A stretch of 32,000 nucleotides of DNA from NCBI RefSeq assembly GCF_000009705.1, contig NC_003272.1, forward strand, positions 720,001 to 752,000. Direction: 5' to 3'. Below the pieces are notes generated by a model that did not search any database, was not told where the DNA came from, and worked only from the letters and a program-made list of their open reading frames with translations. The position numbers were made by a program, and so were the translations under genes. Shown piece by piece: positions 1 to 7,671 of the stretch; within the stretch, counting starts at the first letter, position 1; each line of letters begins with the position of its first letter. The DNA comes from Nostoc sp. PCC 7120 = FACHB-418 (lineage in GTDB: Bacteria > Cyanobacteriota > Cyanobacteriia > Cyanobacteriales > Nostocaceae).

Positions 1-446
1 GAGAGAAACTTCCCCCCTGCTTTGAGTCGGTTGTAAATTCCAGCTAAAAGTTTAGCTTTCCCTGATGGGGATTGCATTGTGAGAATGGCTTCAGCTAAAA
101 CATAATCAAACTTTCCTGGTATTGCATCCAGATGAAAAATATCGCCTTCGATAATTTCAATTTGATTTTCTAAACCAGCCACGCGGACATTTTCACGCGC
201 CAGAACTACGCTCTCAGGATTTTTTTCTACTCCGACTACTTTCACACCATAGCGTTGAGCAAGGGATATTGCACTGTATCCAAAGCTAGAAGCTAACTCT
301 AAAACTGTTTCGTTAGGCTGAAAATTCGCCCACTGACATAATTGTTCTGTAGCTATGCGTCCACCGGGACGCAGATATTTTTTACCGACTGCTGCGAGAA
401 CTTCATGTCCAGAAGCGTTTTGGAAATTGAGGGTTGTGTTGGTCAT
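1..446 (-). CDS. Class I SAM-dependent methyltransferase, N-terminal part only (gene runs off the left edge of the window)
   Basis: My own reverse-strand translation from the ATG at complement 444-446 reads MTNTTLNFQNASGHEVLAAVGKKYLRPGGRIATEQL...VLELASSFGYSAISLAQRYGVKVVGVEKNPESVVLARENV...IEGDIFHLD. It stays open to position 1. VLELASSFG followed by VVGVEKN fits the motif I / acidic-loop pattern of Rossmann-fold SAM methyltransferases. It is absent from the ORF track because it is truncated. Confidence 0.7.
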   Translation of the reverse strand, partial: MTNTTLNFQNASGHEVLAAVGKKYLRPGGRIATEQLCQWANFQPNETVLELASSFGYSAISLAQRYGVKVVGVEKNPESVVLARENVRVAGLENQIEIIEGDIFHLDAIPGKFDYVLAEAILTMQSPSGKAKLLAGIYNRLKAGGKFL

Positions 447-569
447 CTCTTTGACCCTCTGAATTTGTGATACCCTCAATTTGCCAGAAATTTATGATGG
501 TGTCTTTGAGGTAGCTCAAAGAAGGAGATAAAATAAGGTAAAATCATCAAAAAACTCGCAGAACTATAA

Positions 570-2213
570 ATGGACTGGATTACGCTACTGCGATCGCTAC
601 AGTCTGATTTTATTAAAAGGTTATCATCTGGTTGTCTGCTGCATTGCGAAATCGAAGGTCAATATAGTGAGTTAACGGTTATCTCTGGCGAAAGATTAAA
701 AACCCTACGAGACTTTTGCTGGCTGATGGCTGAAAAATATAAGCGGGTTTCGCCAGTTCGTGATGTTTTTATCAGCTACCTCAAGGGTAAATTGGGGGAG
801 GAAGTTGTTAAAGAACGTTTAGCTGATTTGATTACCGAAGTAGATTATGAAAAGCGACTTGGTGGCGACGGTAAGATAGATTTTACTTTAACTGCTAACC
901 CTGCAATTGGCATTGAAGTTAAATCTCGTCATGGCAACATTGATAGAGTGAGATGGTCAGTTAGTGCCGAAGAAGTGGAAAAAAATGCAGTTGTAGTTTG
1001 CATTTTTATTAAAGAAGATGTTAACGAAGCACAATCATCATATCATCTGTTATTAGCAGGCTTTTTGCCTACTCAAATGATTAAATTAAAGACAGGTAAT
1101 ATCTCATTTGGAATAGAGCAGTTACTTTACGGTGGCGGCTTATGGGGTTATTTGGAACAGTTGCAAGCTTCCGCAAATTACCATCAGTTCCAGCAATCTC
1201 CGCCAATTTATCAATACAAACCCCAGCCAGAATTATTATCTAAGATCAATCAAACTCAATCAATCAAACCAGCTTTATTTACTGGTATCAAAAATATTCT
1301 ACCCTATAGACAACAAGAAGCGATAAATATAGATTATATCAAAATTGGTGATGAGTGCTTTGCTCAGGGAGAATATACCGCATCTATTAAAAATTATAGC
1401 CAAGCTTTACAAGCAAGTAGTGATAATTGTGAATTATACTATAAACGAGGTTTAAGCTATTATCAATTGGGTGATTATGAGGCGGCGATCGCCGATTATT
1501 CTCAAGCCATAAATATCAACCTTCACGATGCTAAATCCTATCATAAACGTGGGTTAGCTTTATCACAACTAGCAGCTTATGAAGCGGCAATCGATGATTA
1601 TAATCAAGCAATTAGAATTAATCCCCATGCTGCTTCTATTTATAAAAACCGAGCAGAAGCACGCTCTCATCTAGGAGATAATCAAGGAGCGATTGAAGAT
1701 TATACCCAAGCGATCAAGATTAATCCCCAATATGCAGATACATATAAAAATAGAGGCATATCTCGTTATTTATTAGCAACACAACCAGGATTTACCCAAG
1801 CAATTAAGATTAATCCCAATGATGCTAATGCTTACAAAAATCGTGGTAATGCGCGTGCTGATATTGGTGATTATCTAGGAGCGATTGAAGATTATAATCA
1901 GGCAATCCAAATTAATCCCAAGGCGGCTGATGCTTATTATAACCGTGGTAACGCCCGTTATGATTTAGGGGATGAAGAAGGAGCGATCGCTGATTACACC
2001 CAAGCAATCCAAATTAATCCCAGCTATGCTGATGCTTATTATAACCGTGGTAATGTGCGTGCAGGCATCAAAGATAAACAAGGAGCGATCGCTGACTTTC
2101 AAAAAGCGGCAGATATATATCGTAAAGAAGGTAAATTAGCAGAACTCAAAGATACAACAGAAAGAGTTGTAGAATTGGAAATAGAAGAATCAATTGATAT
2201 TTTAAATTTTTAA
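570..2213 (+). CDS. Two-domain protein: N-terminal PD-(D/E)xK-like nuclease-fold domain (about aa 60-160), Q/P-rich linker, and 8 C-terminal TPR repeats
   Basis: 547-aa ORF. The N-terminus has GKLGEEVVKERL (helix with conserved E), GDGKIDFTL (D104) and IGIEVKSR (E116-x-K118), the spacing of the restriction-endonuclease-like core. From about aa 250 there are eight 34-aa units of the form A.AY.NRG.AR..LGD..GAI.DY.QAI.INP. Codon periodicity is clear and there is no competing ORF. Confidence 0.85.
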   Translation: MDWITLLRSLQSDFIKRLSSGCLLHCEIEGQYSELTVISGERLKTLRDFCWLMAEKYKRVSPVRDVFISYLKGKLGEEVVKERLADLITEVDYEKRLGGDGKIDFTLTANPAIGIEVKSRHGNIDRVRWSVSAEEVEKNAVVVCIFIKEDVNEAQSSYHLLLAGFLPTQMIKLKTGNISFGIEQLLYGGGLWGYLEQLQASANYHQFQQSPPIYQYKPQPELLSKINQTQSIKPALFTGIKNILPYRQQEAINIDYIKIGDECFAQGEYTASIKNYSQALQASSDNCELYYKRGLSYYQLGDYEAAIADYSQAININLHDAKSYHKRGLALSQLAAYEAAIDDYNQAIRINPHAASIYKNRAEARSHLGDNQGAIEDYTQAIKINPQYADTYKNRGISRYLLATQPGFTQAIKINPNDANAYKNRGNARADIGDYLGAIEDYNQAIQINPKAADAYYNRGNARYDLGDEEGAIADYTQAIQINPSYADAYYNRGNVRAGIKDKQGAIADFQKAADIYRKEGKLAELKDTTERVVELEIEESIDILNF

Positions 2214-2280
2214 ATTCAAAATATCAGCCAGTAAAATGAGTGATAAGCTAATGCGCGTCTAAATTGCATAACTACTAACA

Positions 2281-2322
2281 AGCTGTTAACTGTTAACAGT
2301 CAACGGTTAACAGTCAACAGCT
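2281..2322. terminator. STRR-derived hairpin between convergent genes (putative bidirectional terminator)
   Basis: agctgttaactgttaac (2281-2297) pairs with gttaacagtcaacagct (2306-2322): a 17-bp stem with one mismatch and an 8-nt loop. It is built from CAACAGT/TTAACAG heptamers. It lies between the stop of the TPR gene (2213) and the stop of glcF (2342). There is no strong U-tract, so terminator function is inferred. Confidence 0.45.
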
Positions 2323-2341
2323 ATATCAGTTACCCATTAAA

Positions 2342-3694
2342 TTACGTCAACTTAATTCCCCTGATTGAATAATCTAACAACTCCATCGGGTGCATAACAC
2401 CCATTTTCTTACCTTGCAATTCTAAATGTTTAGTAATTTGCAAAGCACAGCCAGGATTAGGAGAAGCAATCAATTCAGCACCAGTATTCAATAAATTTGT
2501 GACTTTTTGCTTGCCTAATTCTTCAGCAACTTCCGGTTGCAACATATTATAAACACCAGCACTACCACAACACAAAGCTGCATCTAATGGTTCTTTAATT
2601 TGCACCCCTGGTATTTGTTTTAATATCTGACGAGGTTGCACACTAATTTTTTGTCCATGTAATAAATGACAAGCATCTTGATAAACCAAATTCAAAGGTT
2701 TATCTTTCAATGGTGAAAGTTTAGCGGTTAATCCTACAGTAGCTAAAAACTCTTGTGCATCTTTAACTTTAGCAGCGAAATTTTTGGCTTTCTCTCGATA
2801 TTCGGCATCATCTTCTAATATATGACCATATTCTTTTAAAGTATGACCACACCCAGCCGCATTGATAATCACATAATCAACATCAGTATCAGCAAAGCTA
2901 TCAATCATCTGTTTAGCTAAAGCTTTGGCTTGTTCTGTTTGTCCTTGGTGTTCGGGAAGTGCTGCACAACAACCTTGAGATTTAGGAATAACCACTTCAC
3001 AACCATTCGCGGTTAAAACCCGTACCGTTGCTTCATTAACTGGGGAGAAAAATAACCGTTGTACGCATCCTAAAATCATGCCGACTCGATAGCGTTTCTT
3101 ACCCTGTGCAGGAATAATAGTTGGTAGATTGTCTTGGAAAGTTTTGATAGTAATTTTTGGCAGAATCGATTCCATTGCTGCCAATCTTGGAGATATTTTT
3201 TTGAGTAAGCCTGTAGCACGAATAACTTGGGAAATTCCCGACTTTTGATAAAAGAATAGGGGGATTAATAGAATGCGTAAAATATCTGGGTTGGGGAATA
3301 AAGAAAATATTAATTGACGTACTAACTTATCAGATAAAGTCCGAGGATAATTACGTTCTACTTGATGGCGAGTTGCAGAAATTAACTTGTCATACTGCAC
3401 ACCAGAAGGGCAGGTTGACACACAAGCAAGACAACCTAAACAAGAGTCGAAATGCTCTACTGTAGCTGTATTCAGAGCAATTTCCCCCTCATTGATGGCA
3501 TCCATTAAATAGATGCGTCCTCTAGGAGAATCCATTTCCTTCCCAATCACCCGATAACTAGGACAAGTGGAAAGACAAAAACCACAATGTACACAACTAT
3601 CAATTAATTTTGGGTCTGGTGGATGGCTAGCATCAAATCCTTTTAAATTCTTTATACTGGCGGTATTATTAGTAGAATTTTCTGAAACCTGCAT
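2342..3694 (-). CDS. glcF: Glycolate oxidase iron-sulfur subunit / (Fe-S)-binding CCG-domain protein
   Basis: 450 aa. It has two ferredoxin-type motifs, CVHCGFCLSTCPSY and CLGCLACVSTCPSG, followed by two Cys-rich CCG-type regions (GCVQRLF..., CCAALP, CCGSAG, PNPGCALQI). It sits immediately downstream of the FAD-binding partner on the same strand. Confidence 0.8.
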   Translation of the reverse strand: MQVSENSTNNTASIKNLKGFDASHPPDPKLIDSCVHCGFCLSTCPSYRVIGKEMDSPRGRIYLMDAINEGEIALNTATVEHFDSCLGCLACVSTCPSGVQYDKLISATRHQVERNYPRTLSDKLVRQLIFSLFPNPDILRILLIPLFFYQKSGISQVIRATGLLKKISPRLAAMESILPKITIKTFQDNLPTIIPAQGKKRYRVGMILGCVQRLFFSPVNEATVRVLTANGCEVVIPKSQGCCAALPEHQGQTEQAKALAKQMIDSFADTDVDYVIINAAGCGHTLKEYGHILEDDAEYREKAKNFAAKVKDAQEFLATVGLTAKLSPLKDKPLNLVYQDACHLLHGQKISVQPRQILKQIPGVQIKEPLDAALCCGSAGVYNMLQPEVAEELGKQKVTNLLNTGAELIASPNPGCALQITKHLELQGKKMGVMHPMELLDYSIRGIKLT

Positions 3695-3730
3695 CTTCTT
3701 CTGTTCCCCTGTATATCTTTGGTGAGTAGC

Positions 3731-5026
3731 TTAAATCCCACCTACAAACCGACCCGGACTTAAGATATTCTTACTATCAAACTGTTCTTTAATGCGTTTC
3801 ATCAATGGTAAAGCATTGCCAGTGTATCCCCATACATCTATTTGTTGTTTTACTGGTACAGGGGCTTGCAGAACTGTTAAAAAACCCTGGTGAGATTGAC
3901 AAAGCGATCGCACTGGCGAAACTTGATTCTTATCCTCAACTTGTAACACACCTAAACCGCTACCAATGTGAATTAAACCAATTTTTACTTGATGTAAAAT
4001 CTCCACAGCAGCATTAGGTAACACTCCTATTTTGCAGGTAATTGCAGATTCTGTGACGGGAGAATGTATTTGTTCTTGCAATCTCTCCCATAGATGACTC
4101 TCATCTGCACCAGAAACAACTACTCCTGTTAAACCTAATTTTTCCCCTACTTCTAACAACCGATTTGATTGTTCCTGCACACTTTCACTAATACTTTGAA
4201 AACGGGCAATCAATCCTAGACCCTGACCTAATTCTAGACTAGATACTAATTGAGTAGAGATTAAATCAGCTTGGGTGGGGGTTAATGCTGAACCGCGCAA
4301 GGTTGTAGCTGCTTCAGATATTGCCTCTGCTGCACCAGTCAAGACTACTGTTCCCGATGTCTCCTGAATCGGATACACGCGAAAAGTTACTTGAGTAATA
4401 ATTCCTAATGTACCGTATGAGCCAGTAAATAACTTCATCAAGTCATAACCAGCCACGTTTTTGACCACCCTTCCCCCAGCTTTGGCGATTTGACCATCAG
4501 CACGTACAAAGGTGATGCCTAAAAGCTGGTCGCGCACGCTGCCATAACGTTGTCGGAGGGAGTTGGTATCAGCTGTGGCGACAATACCCCCGATTGTGGC
4601 TGATGCTGGTGTGGAGGGGTCAAGGGCGAGAAATTGCCGAGCATCTGCCAAAATCTTCTGGAGATGGGAAAATTTCATTCCCGCTTCGACTGTGACAGTC
4701 AAATCACCAACGGCGTGTTCAATGAGTCGATTGAGGCGTTCTGTACTCACTACCACATCAACATCTTTTGCTAAACCACCCCAACGAAGTTTACTCCCAC
4801 AACCACAAGGTAGAACGCGCCAGTTATTACTGTAAGCTGTGGCGATAACTGCGGCTAGTTGTTCTTGGCTTTGGGGATAGACAACACAACTGGGGAGATT
4901 TCCACCAGCAATTGCTTGACTAAGTTCGAGATTTTTTTCCTGGTAAACGGTGTTTTCTTCACCTACGATAGATGCAAAAGTAGTAGCGTAGACGCTTGGC
5001 GGCTTGTCGTTAGACATCACGGTCAT
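3731..5026 (-). CDS. glcE: FAD-binding oxidoreductase, glycolate oxidase subunit GlcE-like
   Basis: 431 aa. It has PCMH-type FAD-binding signatures (LPCGCGSKLRWGG, VKNVAGYDLMKLFTGSYGTLGIIT) and is adjacent to and co-directional with glcF, with a 36-nt gap. Confidence 0.75.
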   Translation of the reverse strand: MTVMSNDKPPSVYATTFASIVGEENTVYQEKNLELSQAIAGGNLPSCVVYPQSQEQLAAVIATAYSNNWRVLPCGCGSKLRWGGLAKDVDVVVSTERLNRLIEHAVGDLTVTVEAGMKFSHLQKILADARQFLALDPSTPASATIGGIVATADTNSLRQRYGSVRDQLLGITFVRADGQIAKAGGRVVKNVAGYDLMKLFTGSYGTLGIITQVTFRVYPIQETSGTVVLTGAAEAISEAATTLRGSALTPTQADLISTQLVSSLELGQGLGLIARFQSISESVQEQSNRLLEVGEKLGLTGVVVSGADESHLWERLQEQIHSPVTESAITCKIGVLPNAAVEILHQVKIGLIHIGSGLGVLQVEDKNQVSPVRSLCQSHQGFLTVLQAPVPVKQQIDVWGYTGNALPLMKRIKEQFDSKNILSPGRFVGGI

Positions 5027-5167
5027 CAGTTTATTTTTGAGTCCCTACATCCCATTGTCTGTGATGATGACACAAAATAGCCCACAGCAGTTACCAAAAG
5101 CGCGGCTGATGTGTGCTATTCGATCAAACCAATTCGCAATTCGCAATAAAAACACATAAGCATATTG

Positions 5168-5878
5168 CTAAGACTGCATATTACGTCTGCGATATTCAAT
5201 TCGCACTTGCTTAACATCAACTTGCTCAGACTCTAAAAATACAAGTTGTTCTATTGGTTGTAATCCCAAATTTTCCAATTGTTTGAGTTCCGATTCTGAT
5301 AATGGCCAAGGCGGGCCAGAGGGTTCAGCTTCCGTTTCCCGCACACGATTAATTAATAAAAGTGTCCCATCAGGAGCAACAACAGAGGCAATTGAGGTGA
5401 TAACTTCAGCGCGGATATTTAATGGTAAAGCTTGAATATTACGACATTCAAAAACAAAGTCAAAGGCAAGATGCCATTGTGGGGGGATCGCTAATAAATC
5501 AGCAACTATATAGTTTACATTTGAATTGGGGAATCTTTGACCACACCAAGCGATCGCTGTAGGCGAAATATCAAAGGCAGTTACCGCAAATCCCAGTTTG
5601 GCTAAAGCTTCTGCATCATCTCCCAAGCCACAACCAATTACTAAGGCTTTTTGTCCAGATGGGAATGGTTGATGATTTGTCAACCATTCTTGTAGATAAG
5701 GGTGAGGGGTTAATTTTGCCCAAGGAATTTGTGTTGTATCTCCTTGAGCTTCAGCATATAAAACTTCAAACCATGCCGATGGTGCTGATTTTTGTATGGC
5801 TTCGTTCGCTAACTGTTTAACATGAAGTTGTAAACTTGCTTTTTGTTGCTCTAGCATAAAAACTGATGGGATTTTCAC
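5168..5878 (-). CDS. Class I SAM-dependent methyltransferase (thiopurine-methyltransferase-like size)
   Basis: 236 aa. Motif I is ALVIGCGLGDDAEALAKLG, followed by VTAFDISPTAI (acidic residue at the end of beta-2) and a VAPDGTLLL post-motif. The start could also be the internal Met at MLEQQ. Confidence 0.75.
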   Translation of the reverse strand: MKIPSVFMLEQQKASLQLHVKQLANEAIQKSAPSAWFEVLYAEAQGDTTQIPWAKLTPHPYLQEWLTNHQPFPSGQKALVIGCGLGDDAEALAKLGFAVTAFDISPTAIAWCGQRFPNSNVNYIVADLLAIPPQWHLAFDFVFECRNIQALPLNIRAEVITSIASVVAPDGTLLLINRVRETEAEPSGPPWPLSESELKQLENLGLQPIEQLVFLESEQVDVKQVRIEYRRRNMQS

Positions 5879-5962
5879 TTATGTTCAAATAAAAAGCGAT
5901 CGCTCTCTATTAACTACTAACAGATATAAGCGATCGCTGTGAAACTTACCTTGGTAGAAATG

Positions 5963-7054
5963 CTACCCAAGTCCCCCGACATCTGGGTGAAAGTAAAAAG
6001 CGAATCCTAATACTGTATAGGCGGCTAAAAGTAAAGTGCCTTCTAACCAATTGGACTTACCATCAGAACTGATGCTGTTGGCAATGAGTACAGATACGAC
6101 TACAGCCACTAGTTCAAAGGGCTGGAAATCCAAATCCATAGGCTGACCTAGTATCCAGCCAGCAATGACTAACACCGGGGCGACAAATAAGGCAATCTGC
6201 ATACTGGAACCCACCGCCACGGAAACGGAGAGATCCATTTTATCTTTCATGGCGACGGTGACGGCTGTGGCGTGTTCGGCGGCGTTACCCACGATGGGAA
6301 CGAGTATCACCCCGGTAAATAATGCGGTTAAACCTAATTGGGAGGTGGCGACTTCCAACGCATCAACTAGCAATTCCGATTCCACCGCTACCAGTAGGGT
6401 ACAGACTAGCAGCACACCAGACCATAAGAGAATATTTGGCTTCGGGTGAGGATTTTCCTCTGTTTCTATTTCTGCCACACCCACATCATATAAATAGGCG
6501 TGGGTTTTCATGGAAAATATCAGGGTGAGGATGTAAACCAAAATCAAGACTACAGCCACCGCTACAGATAAATATTGCAGGGTTTCTTCCCCAATTCCCT
6601 GGGCGGTGTAGTTCATCGCTGTGGGGAGCAAAATGGCAATGACAGCCAAATTCATCGCTGAGGCGTTGACCCTGGCCACAATTGGCTGAAAGGTCTGTTC
6701 TTTGTGGCGTAGTCCACCCAACAGCATGGAAAGACCCATCACCAGCAATAAGTTACCGATAATTGAGCCAGTGATGCTGGCTTTGACAACATTCACCAAC
6801 CCAGCGTTTAAGGCCACTAAAGCGATGATTAATTCTGTAGCGTTACCAAAGGTAGCGTTTAACAAGCCTCCTAAGGTCGGCCCGACAACTACAGCGATTT
6901 CTTCGGTTGCTGCACCCATCCAGGCAGCTAAGGGCAGAATTGCCAAGCCTGCTGTGATAAAAACAATCAGGTCTCCCCACTCTAAATAGTGTGCTGCCAA
7001 GGAAACGGGGATAAATAGCAATAGGACGAGAAAAACAATATTTTTGCCTGACAT
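5963..7054 (-). CDS. cax: Ca2+/H+ antiporter, CAX family
   Basis: 363 aa and highly hydrophobic (about 11 TM). It has the two family-defining alpha-repeat motifs GNATELIIALVAL and GNAAEHATAVTVA. Confidence 0.9.
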   Translation of the reverse strand: MSGKNIVFLVLLLFIPVSLAAHYLEWGDLIVFITAGLAILPLAAWMGAATEEIAVVVGPTLGGLLNATFGNATELIIALVALNAGLVNVVKASITGSIIGNLLLVMGLSMLLGGLRHKEQTFQPIVARVNASAMNLAVIAILLPTAMNYTAQGIGEETLQYLSVAVAVVLILVYILTLIFSMKTHAYLYDVGVAEIETEENPHPKPNILLWSGVLLVCTLLVAVESELLVDALEVATSQLGLTALFTGVILVPIVGNAAEHATAVTVAMKDKMDLSVSVAVGSSMQIALFVAPVLVIAGWILGQPMDLDFQPFELVAVVVSVLIANSISSDGKSNWLEGTLLLAAYTVLGFAFYFHPDVGGLG

Positions 7055-7420
7055 TTGTTACTTTTAGTTGAGTGATTACTCACAGTTGCCTGTGATAAAT
7101 CAAAATGTATAAAGAGTTGACAATCAGACTCTAGGATACTCTCAACTGTGAACAAAATAGCTCAGAAATTATACTGTCCATACCAGAGAATGAGATTTGT
7201 AACTGATAATTGCAATTTATAAAGCATTTGCAATCTTTCGTTGCAAAACTATTAGATGGAGGCGAAATTTTACACCCGAAATTCGGTTTAATATATTAAA
7301 AGACAATTAAATTTTTCGATTGGCATTGCCAAGAAAAAAATTCTTAACTAAATACCCAGTTGAACAAACAATCCGACAGGTTGATTCCCACAACCCAGAT
7401 ATAGGAACTAATTACCAATC

Positions 7421-7448
7421 AAAATCTAAAATTCAAAATCTAAAATGG
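7421..7448. repeat. Heptanucleotide tandem array (STRR-like), 4 units
   Basis: AAAATCT AAAATTC AAAATCT AAAATGG, read directly. It lies in the 617-bp divergent intergenic region between cax and the GH57 gene. Confidence 0.6.
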
Positions 7449-7671
7449 TACAAGGCGTTGTTCAATTGCTGATATTTTTGTTACCTTGATCAAACAGCTT
7501 GACGATAACGCAGATTTATTACCATAGTGAGACAGTTTTTTTCGGAATTAAGCTGTATCCTGTATCCATTAGTTTTCTCTATACCGGATTTTGGGTGCAA
7601 ATCGTTGTAGAAGGATTTGACTCAAGTACCTCCGGCATACGTATAAGTTTTTTGAGTTGGAATAAATATAC

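Noticed and set aside
3805-5080. Plus-strand ORFs of 70-90 aa (3805-4017, 4563-4835, 4859-5080)
   Set aside because: They lie entirely antisense to the well-supported glcE CDS. Their peptides have skewed composition and no motifs, which is typical of shadow ORFs.
6165-6989. Three plus-strand ORFs (6165-6449, 6322-6528, 6702-6989)
   Set aside because: They are antisense shadows of the CAX antiporter gene. They overlap each other and have no independent support.
7626-7640. NtcA-like site GTA-N-TAC just upstream of the GH57 start
   Set aside because: The spacer is 9 nt (GTAcctccggcaTAC), not the canonical 8. The site also lies only about 30 nt from the ATG, so it is unlikely to be a functional NtcA box.
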